Below the pieces are notes generated by a model, which had not been told where the DNA came from, searched no databases, and saw nothing but the letters and a program-made list of their open reading frames with translations. The position numbers and the translations under genes were made by a program. From Pseudomonadota bacterium (GTDB lineage: Bacteria; Campylobacterota; Campylobacteria; Campylobacterales; Sulfurimonadaceae), in contig JAZDQA010000004.1 of the NCBI GenBank assembly GCA_043797085.1, positions 128,419-192,418 on the forward strand: a stretch of DNA of 64,000 nt, given 5' to 3'. Below, one piece after another: positions 16,879-27,874 of this stretch (positions are counted from its first letter, which is position 1; the number at the start of each line of letters is the position of its first letter).

Positions 16879-18000
16879 TTAGCTCAGTAAATTCTTTGAC
16901 ACCTCCTGCATCATCCCACTAGACTCTTTTCGTTGAAGCGACAAATATTGCTTAACGGTATTAGTATCTGTATGCCCTAAAAGTGATGAAAGGTGAATCG
17001 CATCAACTCCTTGGCTAGAGAGTGCCGACACGGCAAGATTACGCATCCAGTGATAGCCAAACTCTTCAATCCCTGAATCGGTACGGATAGAGTAGATATG
17101 CTCTCGTATATCGGTGTATTGTCCACCACCGCGAGGAGATTTAAACACCAAGCCCTCTTTACCAGTATATTTGGCAATTTCCAATAATGCTATTTTTATA
17201 TCATCTGAAAGGGTAAATTCTAAATCTATTCCTATTTTGCTTTGCTCTCTTGGAATAATGAAAGTCTTATTTTTCAGATCAACATTTTCCCATGTAAGAG
17301 AAAGGACTTCATTTCGTCGCCGTCCGTAGAATCCAAATAAAAAGATTGCGCGCATAGTTGGATTGTTTTTATAGACGGAGAGAATACTCTTATAAACTTT
17401 TTTATATTTCTCAACGGCGTTATGGATCACTCTTTTTTCTTCCACCATTTTACGAGTAACGCGGTGACTTTTTTTAATGGGGGATACTTGGATGGATTCA
17501 TCTTCAATTGCAAGTTCAAATAGAGGGTGCAGGACTTCCGTTAATCTTTTTTGTGATCGCTTGGATAGGTGAGATACGTTTGCGCCGATAGTGGTCAAAT
17601 CTGATGACTTAACCGCTGATATTTCTTTATCACCAATAATCGGTTTGATGTATTTGGTGAAATAGCCTTTGAGTTTATATTTGTGGTCTTCAGACCAGTT
17701 GTTGCGTTTAATTTCAAGAAGACGATCAAAATAATCACTTACACTCAAATGAGGACTGGCGGAACTTGATTTATGTGATGCTTGCGATAACTCCATAATG
17801 TATTCATCAAGTACACGGCGAGCCAGTTCAATGTTTCGCCCTTTGGTGTTTCCATCAACCGTAAATGTTTTACGATAGCGTTTCTGATTGACTCGAAACT
17901 CCATAACGAACTTACTATCATTGTCCTTATGAATCTTTAAATTAGGGACTTCATTCCCTTTATAGCTCACTTGTACGTAGTCCTTTATGTAAGTTCCCAT
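16879..18000 (-). CDS. int: Tyrosine recombinase / integrase
   Basis: GRRRNEVLSLTW, HWMRN, LLGH and KQY catalytic motifs, with N-terminal arm-binding-like and core-binding regions. Start at ATG 18000 with SD AAGGGG. Confidence 0.93.
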   Translation of the reverse strand: MGTYIKDYVQVSYKGNEVPNLKIHKDNDSKFVMEFRVNQKRYRKTFTVDGNTKGRNIELARRVLDEYIMELSQASHKSSSASPHLSVSDYFDRLLEIKRNNWSEDHKYKLKGYFTKYIKPIIGDKEISAVKSSDLTTIGANVSHLSKRSQKRLTEVLHPLFELAIEDESIQVSPIKKSHRVTRKMVEEKRVIHNAVEKYKKVYKSILSVYKNNPTMRAIFLFGFYGRRRNEVLSLTWENVDLKNKTFIIPREQSKIGIDLEFTLSDDIKIALLEIAKYTGKEGLVFKSPRGGGQYTDIREHIYSIRTDSGIEEFGYHWMRNLAVSALSSQGVDAIHLSSLLGHTDTNTVKQYLSLQRKESSGMMQEVSKNLLS

Positions 18001-18014
18001 TTTAATCCCCTTGT

Positions 18015-18040
18015 GGTCTCCATAAAGGTCTCCACTTTTT
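18015..18040 (+). repeat. Putative integrase arm-type sites, right
   Basis: GGTCTCC-ATAAA-GGTCTCCACTTTTT. Confidence 0.65.
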
Positions 18041-18137
18041 AGATATACGATGGTATCCATATCTATTTAAAGAGCTGTTTAAGTCCCAATATTAGGGAAA
18101 TTAATCATAAGGAATCGATAGAAATCAGAGTCAACAC

Positions 18138-18162
18138 GGTTCAAATCCCCTTGGAGTCACCA
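18138..18162 (+). repeat. attR core (duplicated tRNA-Glu 3' end)
   Basis: Identical 25-mer to 12699-12723. Confidence 0.93.
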
Positions 18163-18238
18163 CTTCCTCTCAAAAAATCAATCCCTTTTAAACTCTTTTC
18201 TGCTAAAATTGCACCTATAATTTACCTTAGGAACTTTA

Positions 18239-19537
18239 ATGCTTCGTTTTGCCCCTAGCCCTACCGGAGATATGCACATTGGCAATCTTCGAGTCGCTTT
18301 ATTTAACTATATTATGTCCAGAAAACGCGATGAACCACTTTTAGTTCGTATCGAAGATACCGATAAAGAACGCAATATTCCTGGAAAAGAGGATGAGATA
18401 CTCGCCATTCTTGCTTTGTTTAAAATCGAACATCAAGAACATCAGCTTCAAAGTAACAATCTCCGTTTTCATCGTGCGATGGCACTTCAGCTTTTACATG
18501 ACAAAAAAGCATTTAATTGTTTTTGTACGCCAGAAACACTCGAAGCAAAACGTGAAGCTAGCAAAGAGAATAAAATCGCATACCGTTATGACGGTGCATG
18601 TGAGAATCTGCACGCAGAACAAGTCATCGACAATCCTCTCCCTTTTACGATCCGAATTAAAAAACCTTCTGATTCCATCACTGTTCGCGATATTATCAAA
18701 GGAGAGTCTACTTTTGCCCCCAATGATATTGACAGTTTTATCATCATGCGTGCCGATAAATACCCAACCTATAATTTTGCGTGTGCCGTAGATGATATGC
18801 TTTCGGATGTTTCACTGATTATCCGTGGAGAAGATCATCTCAGTAATACACCCAAACAAATCGCCATTCAAAAAGCCCTCGGATATGATAGAACAATAGA
18901 GTACGCTCATCTGCCTATTATTTTAGGTAACGAGGGTAAAAAAATGTCGAAGCGTGATGATGCATCAAGTGTAAAATGGCTTCTTGAAGAGGGCTTTTTA
19001 CCTGAAGCTATTACCAATTATCTTATTTTAATGGGCAATAAAACACCGCTTGAAATCTTTTCACTCGAAGAAGCGATTAAGTGGTTTGATTTAGAGACGA
19101 TTTCAAAATCTCCTGCCTATTTCGATATTGATAAACTCAAATTTATTAACCGTGAACACTTAAAAGGTCTTGATCCTAAAGAGCTTTCACGTTACGTAGG
19201 GTTTGCTGATGAAGAGATCGGACGGCTTGCCAAAATATTTTTAGAAGAGGTAAGTACACTCAAAGAGCTGCGTGAAAAGATCAGTGCTATTTTCGCTCCT
19301 AAAATTGTTCCGGACGAGTACAAAGAGGGATTCGATGTTTTACGTGATTTAACGATAAAAGCACCTCATTTTGATGATTATGACTCCTATAAGAACTATT
19401 TGATGAGTCATTCAGGATTAAAAGGAAAAGCACTCTTTAAACCACTTCGAATTTTGATAGGCGGGGCAGAACATGGTCCTGAGCTTAATGATCTTTATAT
19501 GCATCTCAAAAATTATCTCAAAGAGGTTGTCAAATGA
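18239..19537 (+). CDS. gltX: Glutamate--tRNA ligase (short, GluRS2-like)
   Basis: [27 protein letters not shown]. Confidence 0.95.
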   Translation: MLRFAPSPTGDMHIGNLRVALFNYIMSRKRDEPLLVRIEDTDKERNIPGKEDEILAILALFKIEHQEHQLQSNNLRFHRAMALQLLHDKKAFNCFCTPETLEAKREASKENKIAYRYDGACENLHAEQVIDNPLPFTIRIKKPSDSITVRDIIKGESTFAPNDIDSFIIMRADKYPTYNFACAVDDMLSDVSLIIRGEDHLSNTPKQIAIQKALGYDRTIEYAHLPIILGNEGKKMSKRDDASSVKWLLEEGFLPEAITNYLILMGNKTPLEIFSLEEAIKWFDLETISKSPAYFDIDKLKFINREHLKGLDPKELSRYVGFADEEIGRLAKIFLEEVSTLKELREKISAIFAPKIVPDEYKEGFDVLRDLTIKAPHFDDYDSYKNYLMSHSGLKGKALFKPLRILIGGAEHGPELNDLYMHLKNYLKEVVK

Positions 19538-19821
19538 TGGGGAATATTGTTTCAGGTTTAGGCGGAATCGTTCATTCACTGCTTACCGTTTATATTTGGA
19601 TTGTTATTATTGGCGCACTTCTCTCATGGGTACGTCCTGATCCTTACAATCCTATCGTTCAGGTTCTTTATCGTCTCACTGAGCCTGCCTATCGCCTCGT
19701 ACGTCGTCTGATGCCAACCGTATTTAACGGATTGGACTTGGCACCTTTGATCTTAATTATTACACTTCAAGTTCTTGATGTAATATTGGTTAATATCATC
19801 AACTCATTGGTTCTTGGATGA
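19534..19821 (+). CDS. yggT: YggT family membrane protein
   Basis: LLSWV.PDPYNP...LTEP, GLDLAP. Confidence 0.9.
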   Translation: MMGNIVSGLGGIVHSLLTVYIWIVIIGALLSWVRPDPYNPIVQVLYRLTEPAYRLVRRLMPTVFNGLDLAPLILIITLQVLDVILVNIINSLVLG

Positions 19822-21476
19822 AGCGTTCTTTTTTACTAACGCTTCTGCTTGTTAGTTCAAGCTGGGGAGTTACTCTTGATGAAATCAATGACAAACCGGC
19901 GTCACGACAAAAGAATTTTTTGATTTGGCAATTTTTGCATCAGGACATTAATGCATCTCAAGCCAGTGAAGCCTTTTATCAAGTGGAAAATGTCAATGAG
20001 CGTTTTTTATTCGATTATTCCGCTAAAACCGATGAACCTGAGATCAAGTACACCACCGATTGTCTTCAAAAAAAGGCCTGTAATCTTCCCTTTATTGAAC
20101 AAGATGACTGCTTGATGTTGGCACTGACTCCGTTAAAAGCGACTGCTTTAAAAAATGAAGAGCGTGAAGCTATATCAAGTCGTCTAAACAATCGCTTTGG
20201 CAACATCCAATGGCTGCTTACCCTGAATCAAGAGAGTTTTTACTCCAATATTGATAATCTTCAAAATGAAAATACCCTCTTTCGTCTTGCCGGTGGACAA
20301 TTTCGCTATGCTCATTTCAACCACACTGTAACACCTGAAGTACTCAATGCATTAGTGCAAAGTCCTGCTTTTTCCCAAATCGTTTTTTTAACGGTCACCG
20401 ATCCAAAAATGGATCAACTGCAGCAATCTCTTTCTGCTGTACCCGTAGGCACCTATGAACCGCGAACGAATTTCTTTTTGGCTATGAATGCCATTAAATA
20501 TGGAAATATGGCGAATGCATTAGAACATCTAAAAGTCGCCAAAAAAGGCTATTACGCCTCTATTGACAAAGATAAATGCCTTTTTTGGCTTTATAAAATA
20601 ACTCAAGACAGCGCCTATTTAACAGAACTTTCAGAGAGTTTAGACATCAATATGTATGCTCTTTATGCCCGTGAGCTTCTTAACTTGCCAACGGAAAATT
20701 ATTTTATTACACTGCCAACAACCCCTAATCCCAACAGTATCATAGGTATCGATCCGTTTGAATGGAGAGAGTTTTCTCAAGAAATCATGGCGTCAAAACC
20801 TGAGACCCTTGCACCTCTTATCGATCGATGTGATGGTGAAGACTCTATCGCTATTCAAGGCTATGTTCTTGAACGTACCTACGAACCTTATATCCATAAT
20901 TTCACCATGGCATACGATCGGTATATGACATCCCTGACCAATGATCAAAAAGCACTTCTTTATGCACTTATGCGCCAAGAAACACGTTTTGTTCCAGGAT
21001 TAATTTCACGTTCTTTTGCTCTTGGATTAATGCAAATTATGCCATTTAATGTCGATACAATCAGTAAAGTTCATCTTCTTAAGCCCAGCAATTATTTCGA
21101 TATGCTAAAACCTGAGTACAGCATCGCATACTCCATTTCTCATCTCAAACATTTGACGGATAAATATTACAATCCTATCTTGGTTGCGTATGGCTACAAC
21201 GCAGGATTTGGATCGACAAAACGTCTTCTAACCGACGGAAGCGGTCGATTTTTACCGGGAACGTATGAACCCTTTTTGAGCATGGAACTTATGGGAAATG
21301 ATGAAAATAGAGAATACGGCAAAAAAGTGCTCGCCAATTATGTTATTTATAAAAAGATACTCGGAGAGGAAGTGAAAATCACTTCCCTTTTTGATAACTT
21401 AGCGCAACCTTCCCAGTCTGATTATTTTCGAGCAGAAGCGTTAAAGTCACAGCAGGTACTGAGTCAAATCGAATAA
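19818..21476 (+). CDS. slt: Soluble lytic murein transglycosylase
   Basis: Signal peptide; YALMRQET, ALGLMQIMP, AYGYNAG, ENREYGKKV. Confidence 0.88.
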   Translation: MKRSFLLTLLLVSSSWGVTLDEINDKPASRQKNFLIWQFLHQDINASQASEAFYQVENVNERFLFDYSAKTDEPEIKYTTDCLQKKACNLPFIEQDDCLMLALTPLKATALKNEEREAISSRLNNRFGNIQWLLTLNQESFYSNIDNLQNENTLFRLAGGQFRYAHFNHTVTPEVLNALVQSPAFSQIVFLTVTDPKMDQLQQSLSAVPVGTYEPRTNFFLAMNAIKYGNMANALEHLKVAKKGYYASIDKDKCLFWLYKITQDSAYLTELSESLDINMYALYARELLNLPTENYFITLPTTPNPNSIIGIDPFEWREFSQEIMASKPETLAPLIDRCDGEDSIAIQGYVLERTYEPYIHNFTMAYDRYMTSLTNDQKALLYALMRQETRFVPGLISRSFALGLMQIMPFNVDTISKVHLLKPSNYFDMLKPEYSIAYSISHLKHLTDKYYNPILVAYGYNAGFGSTKRLLTDGSGRFLPGTYEPFLSMELMGNDENREYGKKVLANYVIYKKILGEEVKITSLFDNLAQPSQSDYFRAEALKSQQVLSQIE

Positions 21477-21870
21477 AATAATATTTATTCCAGTTGTTTT
21501 GAACCGGTATCAATGCACGTCTTGGATCGCTCTCTTTGAGTTCTTCAAGAAGTGTTGGTTTTTGCCCATTCAATGTTAGTGCATATCCATGCGCGTATAA
21601 ATCCCATTTTTTCAAATCACGACTATCCTGTTCAAAATAAACCGCACCAACAAAATACTCCCCATCATTATAGGTTTGTGGATAAACCGGATTGAGATAA
21701 ATAGCTGAAAGAAGAGCTTTGGTCTCAAAAGATTGAACAATAGCTCCCGTACGTAACTGCTCAACAGAGCGTTCATGTGCCTCATCCATTTTAAAAAGAT
21801 CAAACGTACCTTTTTGTGCACACCCGCTAAAACCTATTAATGCAATCATTGCTATAGATAAAAATCTCAT
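21379..21870 (-). CDS. Lipoprotein, conserved hypothetical
   Basis: Lipobox FSGC after a hydrophobic leader. Confidence 0.75.
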   Translation of the reverse strand: MRFLSIAMIALIGFSGCAQKGTFDLFKMDEAHERSVEQLRTGAIVQSFETKALLSAIYLNPVYPQTYNDGEYFVGAVYFEQDSRDLKKWDLYAHGYALTLNGQKPTLLEELKESDPRRALIPVQNNWNKYYFIRFDSVPAVTLTLLLENNQTGKVALSYQKGK

Positions 21871-21965
21871 ATTACTCCTTAAATGGTGTTCTTCTTCGTC
21901 ATCTTAACAAAATTTCAATGATAGTTGACTATAATTGTATATATATAACTATATGAGGCTTATTT

Positions 21966-22472
21966 TTGAAAAAACGTTTAGCGGTTGCATTTACCGGTCC
22001 TTCTAATAGCGGTAAAACTACATTGATTTTAAAAGTAGCACGTAAATTGATTCATGAACACGGCTTAGACGTTGCCATTATCAAAAATGACCCGAAAGAT
22101 AAAGCTCAGTTTGATGTTCCGGGAAAAGATAGCTATAAGTTTAGCGACACAGGGGCAGAAGTAGTAGTAACCTCCCCTACTCGTACCACCTATTTTTCAC
22201 ATCGACATAAAGAACTGGATGAAATTGTTGCCATGTTCACGGATTTTGATGTATTGCTTGTGGAAGGACTTAAAAATCTTCCACTTCCTCGTATCAGTAT
22301 TTTTAGAAACGTAATTGATACAGACTACTTTCCCTACATGAACGCATTGGCTATTGACGAATCGGTCAGCATCGGTGATTATGATTTACCCGATACCGTC
22401 GATGTACTGGATTTAAACAACGCAGACAACGTTATCGAATGGATATTAAACAACGCAAAGGTATTAAAATGA
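21966..22472 (+). CDS. mobB: Molybdopterin-guanine dinucleotide biosynthesis protein B
   Basis: [26 protein letters not shown] start. Confidence 0.9.
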   Translation: MKKRLAVAFTGPSNSGKTTLILKVARKLIHEHGLDVAIIKNDPKDKAQFDVPGKDSYKFSDTGAEVVVTSPTRTTYFSHRHKELDEIVAMFTDFDVLLVEGLKNLPLPRISIFRNVIDTDYFPYMNALAIDESVSIGDYDLPDTVDVLDLNNADNVIEWILNNAKVLK

Positions 22473-23311
22473 AAGAAATTTTAGAAGCTATTGAACGCAG
22501 CGCTATTCGTATTAAAAGAGCTATTGATGTCAAAGACATAGGTTATTCACAAGAACAAAACAGTTCAGGCGAAACGCAATTACAATTGGATATTCAAAGT
22601 GATTTGATTATCGAAGAAGAGCTTAGTCATGTAGCTTCGGTACACACCATTGCCAGTGAGGAAAAAGAATTACCGATGCTTTTAAACGAAGCAGGTCGTT
22701 ATTTCATTGCCTTTGATCCTCTTGACGGTTCTTCTCTTGTGGATGTAAATCTCAGTGTTGGTTCGATTTTTGGAATCTATGAGGGCGAGTTTATCGGAAG
22801 TAAATTGCTCGCTTCATGCTACGTCGTTTATGGTCCCCGTGTCGAGCTTGTGTTTGCATACGAAGGGACAGTTAAACTTTATCTTCTCCAAGAAGGCGAA
22901 TTTGAATATGTCAAAGAGATCCACTTGGGTGAAAAAGGGAAAATCAATGCTCCCGGTGGAACGCAACAGTTTTGGGCACCGTATCACAAAGAAATGATCG
23001 ATTCATTCTTTGCTCAAGGCTACCGTTTGCGTTATTCAGGTGGGATGGTTCCTGACTTGCACCAAATACTTCTTAAAGGGGGCGGATTGTTCAGCTATCC
23101 GGGTGCAGCCGATAAACCGGAGGGAAAATTACGTCAATTATTTGAAGTATTTCCTTTTGCATTGATCTTTGAAATGGCGGGCGGACAAGCGGTCGATGGA
23201 AATATCCGAGTACTTGACAAAGTCACGGCACATATTCACGATACTTCTCCTTGCTTTTTCGGATCAAAACATGAAATTGCAGTAGTTTTGGATGTTTATG
23301 GACGAAACTAA
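22469..23311 (+). CDS. fbp: Fructose-1,6-bisphosphatase class I
   Basis: [28 protein letters not shown]. Confidence 0.95.
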   Translation: MKEILEAIERSAIRIKRAIDVKDIGYSQEQNSSGETQLQLDIQSDLIIEEELSHVASVHTIASEEKELPMLLNEAGRYFIAFDPLDGSSLVDVNLSVGSIFGIYEGEFIGSKLLASCYVVYGPRVELVFAYEGTVKLYLLQEGEFEYVKEIHLGEKGKINAPGGTQQFWAPYHKEMIDSFFAQGYRLRYSGGMVPDLHQILLKGGGLFSYPGAADKPEGKLRQLFEVFPFALIFEMAGGQAVDGNIRVLDKVTAHIHDTSPCFFGSKHEIAVVLDVYGRN

Positions 23312-23492
23312 CAGTGTCTATGAAGGTCGGCTTGATGATGCCAAGCAGTTGCTTGTCGAGTGTCAAATCTCTAAAACACTCGAAAGCTGTCTAAATTGTT
23401 CTGAACTGATAGGGTGTACGATTCGAACACAGTATGTTCGTGCAGTATACGAGAGTATGTCCAAAGGCGAAATCGGCGGATTTGATTTTTAA
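23298..23492 (+). CDS. Small Cys-rich conserved protein
   Basis: CQ..SCLNC...[19 protein letters not shown]; lies between fbp and metG. Confidence 0.75.
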   Translation: MDETNSVYEGRLDDAKQLLVECQISKTLESCLNCSELIGCTIRTQYVRAVYESMSKGEIGGFDF

Positions 23493-23564
23493 CCGATGTT
23501 GCGCACATATTGCACAATGTGTGTAAGGTAATTTTTAGGAAAACGATAAAAAAATGAAGGATTC

Positions 23565-25526
23565 TTGCAAGTGAAAAATTATATTACAACCCCTATTTAT
23601 TATGTTAACGGTGAAGCCCATATCGGTCATGCCTATACGACGTTTATCGCGGATACACTTGCGCGTCATTCTCGCCTTTTGGGAAATGAAACCTATTTAT
23701 TAACCGGAACCGATGAACACGGTCAAAAAATCGAAGAAGCCGCAAAAAAACTGGATAAACCTACCCAGCAATTTGCTGATGAGATCAGTACAACGTTTAA
23801 AAACCTATGGGATAGTTTTGATATTAGTTACGATCAATTTATCCGAACGACCGATGAGAAGCATAAGCGCGGAGTTCAAGCCGCTTTTCTTAAAATGGTT
23901 GAAAAAGGGGATATTTATAAAGATTTTTATGAGGGAAATTACTGTGTAAGCTGTGAAACCTTCTTCCCTGAATCGCAACTCATGGAGGGTGGATGCTGTC
24001 CGGATTGCGGACGTGCTACTACCATTTTAAAAGAAGAGAGCTATTTCTTCAAACTGTCAAAATACGAACAGCCATTACTAGAGTATTATGAGGCTCATAG
24101 CGATTTTATCCTCCCGAAATCACGTAAAAATGAAGTTATAAGCTTCGTCAAAGGTGGATTGCACGATCTCTCTGTCACTCGTACAAGTTTTAATTGGGGC
24201 GTTCATCTCCCTGAATCTCTCAATGATCCTAAGCATGTTATGTATGTCTGGCTCGATGCTTTGATGAATTACGTTACCGCACTGGGATATGGCAACGATG
24301 AAGAAAATATGGATTTTTGGCCAGCTACAACCCAGCTCGTAGGAAAAGACATCTTGCGTTTTCATGCTATCTACTGGCCGGCATTTTTGATGAGCTTGGA
24401 TTTACCGCTTCCAAAACATATCGGTGCTCACGGTTGGTGGACACGCGATGGTGAAAAAATGTCAAAATCCAAAGGAAACGTTGTTGATCCCATCGAAGTG
24501 GCAAAACATTATGGCGTTGAAAACTTCCGCTATTTCATGATGAGAGAAGTTCCTTTCGGACAAGACGGTGATTTTTCACAACGCGCACTTATTGACCGTA
24601 TGAATTCGGACCTTAGTAATGATTTGGGTAATCTTCTTAACCGTGTTATTGGAATGTCTGAAAAATATTCTGATTTTCTGATTGATAGCGTAGATGTTTT
24701 GAAATATCATTCCAAAGAAATAGACGATGCCCATGTCATTATCAATTCTCTCGAAGAGTACATGAAAGATTTACAGCTTCACCGATATCTTGAAGAACTA
24801 TGGAAAGTTTTCACCATTGGGAACAAAGCGATTGAAGAACATGCTCCATGGGTCAAAATCAAAGAGGGGCGCACCGATGAAGCACTGGCTACCGTTGCTT
24901 TAGTTGCGAACTTGTTAGCCAAAGCATCAATGATGCTGCACTCCATTATGCCACACACTACAGCTACCGTTGCGGATGCGCTAGGGTTTGAAATCAATAC
25001 CGCCAGCTACAATGATTTGATTCTAAACAAAGCGCTTCTTAAAACCTTTACAATTAAAAAAATTCCTCCCCTCTTCCCTCGTGTCGATGAACCGTTGATG
25101 GATGAAGCACCCAAAGCGATGATGCAAGCAGAGCCTGTTGCGGCGGCAGTTGTTACAGTGAAAATAGAAGAAAAAAAGGTAAGTACAGTTCCAGAAGAGG
25201 GACTTATCACCATCGATCAATTTTTCCAAACATCGTTAAAAATCGGCACCGTAATCGAAGCCCAAGAAGTACCAAAAAGCTCAAAACTTCTCCGTCTTCA
25301 AGTCGATTTGGGTGAAGATGTACCACGTCAGATTGTTGCAGGGATAAAAGAATATTACAGCGCAGAATCTCTCGTAGGGACACAAGTGTGTGTTGTTGCT
25401 AACCTCAAACCTGCCAAACTCATGGGACTGCTCTCTGAGGGGATGCTACTCGCTGCGAAAGATGCTGATGGTCTTTCTCTTATCCGCCCCGAAAAACTAC
25501 GTGCCATTGGAAGCTCTATTGGATGA
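23565..25526 (+). CDS. metG: Methionine--tRNA ligase
   Basis: YITTPIYY, HIGH, GTDEHG, KMSKS and a C-terminal tRNA-binding OB domain. Confidence 0.97.
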   Translation: MQVKNYITTPIYYVNGEAHIGHAYTTFIADTLARHSRLLGNETYLLTGTDEHGQKIEEAAKKLDKPTQQFADEISTTFKNLWDSFDISYDQFIRTTDEKHKRGVQAAFLKMVEKGDIYKDFYEGNYCVSCETFFPESQLMEGGCCPDCGRATTILKEESYFFKLSKYEQPLLEYYEAHSDFILPKSRKNEVISFVKGGLHDLSVTRTSFNWGVHLPESLNDPKHVMYVWLDALMNYVTALGYGNDEENMDFWPATTQLVGKDILRFHAIYWPAFLMSLDLPLPKHIGAHGWWTRDGEKMSKSKGNVVDPIEVAKHYGVENFRYFMMREVPFGQDGDFSQRALIDRMNSDLSNDLGNLLNRVIGMSEKYSDFLIDSVDVLKYHSKEIDDAHVIINSLEEYMKDLQLHRYLEELWKVFTIGNKAIEEHAPWVKIKEGRTDEALATVALVANLLAKASMMLHSIMPHTTATVADALGFEINTASYNDLILNKALLKTFTIKKIPPLFPRVDEPLMDEAPKAMMQAEPVAAAVVTVKIEEKKVSTVPEEGLITIDQFFQTSLKIGTVIEAQEVPKSSKLLRLQVDLGEDVPRQIVAGIKEYYSAESLVGTQVCVVANLKPAKLMGLLSEGMLLAAKDADGLSLIRPEKLRAIGSSIG

Positions 25527-26527
25527 GACTTGAAAACATTCTCGCACTGACCAAAGGGACTCTTCACAGTGACCCTAATATCAGTCTTTTTGAAACCATT
25601 GCTTTTGAAGTTTCAAAAGTAAAGCGAGGATCACTTTTTGTTGCCTACAATCCTGCCGATATTCCTGAAGCTCTGAGTTGCGGTGCGTACGGAATACTTT
25701 TTGATAAACCAACCCAAACGGGCGATCGTGAAGTAGCATGGATCAAAGTTGAAAAGATCGATGATGCACTTAAGCGATTGTTGCGTTTTTATTTGCTCGA
25801 AAAAGATCTGCAAGTGTATGCATGCGATCCCATAACCTTGCATCTTGCTCATGCTGTCTCAACCCCCGGAAATTTTTGTTCCGTAGAGGGTTCAATGGGT
25901 CAGGTTTGGGAGAAGCTATGGCCATTAGAAAAAAAATCCATCGTACTGTATTCCCCTGCTCTTACCGACTCTGAAATATTTATCGAAACCAATCAGCTAA
26001 TACGTGCGCAAGAAACCACCATCACGATTATTGAGCAAACGTTATTTGAAACCTCATTTATCCATCACGATACTTTTTATGAGCGTCAGATGCTTTCACC
26101 GTTTTTCATTCCTTACCTCGAACATCTTCTCTTTTTTTACACTTTTATGCGCATACCGTTTCAGCTCAAAAGCTTTAGTAAAATGGGACACTTCAATCCC
26201 GTTTTTACCAATAGACGTTTAGAAATAAAAGAATTTGGCAGCAGTGATCGAGTTGTAATATTTGAGCCGTTGCTTGAGCTTATTGATGAGCAGATTGATT
26301 TTTTACGCGAACAGGCATCGTGGTCAAAAATACTTTATATTTTACCTGATTCAATGAAATCAAGCCTGACCATCGGAATTGAAAATATTTTATTTTACGG
26401 ATATCCGGAAGAGATTCTTGCTTTGTTACAAACCAATTCGTTTCATTTTGCCCTAGTTGCAGGAGCGGATAAGAGCATATTAAATCCTCCCCGCTCTTCC
26501 ATGCGACAATTGGAACTTGATTTTTAA
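25523..26527 (+). CDS. Conserved hypothetical protein with Mur-ligase-like N-terminus
   Basis: KVKRGSLFV...A...GAYGILF resembles the MurE/F N-domain; coupled to the metG stop. Confidence 0.6.
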   Translation: MRLENILALTKGTLHSDPNISLFETIAFEVSKVKRGSLFVAYNPADIPEALSCGAYGILFDKPTQTGDREVAWIKVEKIDDALKRLLRFYLLEKDLQVYACDPITLHLAHAVSTPGNFCSVEGSMGQVWEKLWPLEKKSIVLYSPALTDSEIFIETNQLIRAQETTITIIEQTLFETSFIHHDTFYERQMLSPFFIPYLEHLLFFYTFMRIPFQLKSFSKMGHFNPVFTNRRLEIKEFGSSDRVVIFEPLLELIDEQIDFLREQASWSKILYILPDSMKSSLTIGIENILFYGYPEEILALLQTNSFHFALVAGADKSILNPPRSSMRQLELDF

Positions 26528-27177
26528 TTTATCCGTATTTCTTTTAATTCACTTCGTAATTTTTTTTCATTTTCTAGAATGCTTCTTACAAAAGCATGAA
26601 ATTCTTTTGAGTGATTCATGTGTTTCAAATGTGCCAATTCATGCACGATAATGTAATCAATATGCTCGTATGATAGCTGCATCATGAGGGTATTAAAAGT
26701 TACTATCCCTAAACTATTACAACTTCCCCATCGTCGCCGCAGTCGCTTATAACGTATTTCACTTGGGTGCAAGTTCATCTTCTTAGCATAATAATTGATA
26801 CGCGAAGGAAGGGTTAGAATTGCTTCATTTTTATAAAATTGATGGTAATATTTTTCAATATTAATACTATTTTCATCTTTTTTAAGCTTTATATTCAAAA
26901 ATTCAAAAGAATCTACGTTCATAATATCTCCGCGAAAACGGATGCTTGTTCCTAAAATATGAGCGTATGAAGAACGTTTTTCAATTGAAATGAGTTTAGA
27001 ATTAATCCACTCCTCTTTTTCTTTTAGCAGGTTGCGAATTCGTTTGATATCTTTAAGCGGTGTTCGCACTCGAACGCACCCATCGTGAGTGATGGTGATA
27101 TAGGTATTGCGATTGCGCGGTGAAAAAAGGACACTAACCTCTGAGGTTAGTGCATTAAAGGTATTCGATGGGGTCAT
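26524..27177 (-). CDS. YgjP/SprT-like metal-dependent hydrolase (DUF45)
   Basis: [22 protein letters not shown]; start codon uncertain. Confidence 0.85.
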   Translation of the reverse strand: MTPSNTFNALTSEVSVLFSPRNRNTYITITHDGCVRVRTPLKDIKRIRNLLKEKEEWINSKLISIEKRSSYAHILGTSIRFRGDIMNVDSFEFLNIKLKKDENSINIEKYYHQFYKNEAILTLPSRINYYAKKMNLHPSEIRYKRLRRRWGSCNSLGIVTFNTLMMQLSYEHIDYIIVHELAHLKHMNHSKEFHAFVRSILENEKKLRSELKEIRIN

Positions 27178-27820
27178 TGACACCTGCACGCTCAAAGCCT
27201 CGAAGACGTAAACGACAGCTATCACATACCCCGCATGCTTTATCCTCGCTTTGATAACAACTCCACGTCAAATGCAACGGCACATTCAGCTTGATCGCCT
27301 CTTGAACGATTTGAGATTTCTGTAAATGGACTAATGGCATTTCGATGGTAATATTCGTTGTCTCTTTTGTCCCTAAATTGGCTGTATGTTGAAATGATTG
27401 GATAAAAGTATCACGACAATCCGGATACCCGCTGCTGTCTTCCTCAACTACCCCTATTGCGATGGCGGAACACCCCTCTTTTTCAGCAATAGCTGTTGCA
27501 ATGGAGAGAAAAATACCGTTACGAAAAGGGACATAAGTAATAGGAACACCCGCTTCTACCCCTGTAACTGGCACATCAATGCTATGGTCGGTTAATGCTG
27601 ATGCACCGATAGTTTTGAAAAAATCCAAATCAATTTCATATTTTTCACTCACTCCCAAATCGGTACAAACAGCACGATAGGATTCCAGTTCTTTGGATAC
27701 TGTTCGTTGACCGTAATTAAAGTGCAGTGAGATAATCTCGTAACCGCGTGAGCGCATAATGTAAGCAACCAAAGTTGAATCCATACCACCGCTCATAATA
27801 CAAAGTGCTTTTTTAGTCAT
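27155..27820 (-). CDS. queC: 7-cyano-7-deazaguanine synthase
   Basis: SGGMDS, YGQR, TYVPFRN, YPDC, TWSCY, CGVCDSC. Confidence 0.96.
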   Translation of the reverse strand: MTKKALCIMSGGMDSTLVAYIMRSRGYEIISLHFNYGQRTVSKELESYRAVCTDLGVSEKYEIDLDFFKTIGASALTDHSIDVPVTGVEAGVPITYVPFRNGIFLSIATAIAEKEGCSAIAIGVVEEDSSGYPDCRDTFIQSFQHTANLGTKETTNITIEMPLVHLQKSQIVQEAIKLNVPLHLTWSCYQSEDKACGVCDSCRLRLRGFERAGVNDPIEYL

Positions 27821-27874
27821 AAATTTCCCTTTGATGAGATTGTACCAAGGGGAGCCTTATGCTACAATGCGTTT

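Larger units (their letters stand above)
12699..18162. mobile_element. Integrated element (~5.4 kb) in tRNA-Glu 3' end: integrase, Xis-like protein, Rep_trans initiator, two cargo genes
   Basis: Bounded by identical 25-bp direct repeats of the tRNA 3' end; contains a tyrosine recombinase and a rolling-circle initiator. Confidence 0.93.

Noticed and set aside
12724..18137. Prophage or filamentous phage
   Set aside because: No structural, Zot-like assembly or lysis genes.
18138..18162. Second tRNA gene
   Set aside because: Only the 3' 25 nt are present and upstream bases cannot form D or anticodon arms; this is attR.
23499..23526. Regulatory leader (T-box/SAM) before metG
   Set aside because: Only a single imperfect hairpin in a short spacer; no conserved motifs.
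27821..27874. preQ1 riboswitch upstream of queC
   Set aside because: The 54-bp spacer is filled by divergent promoter and SD elements; no aptamer pattern.
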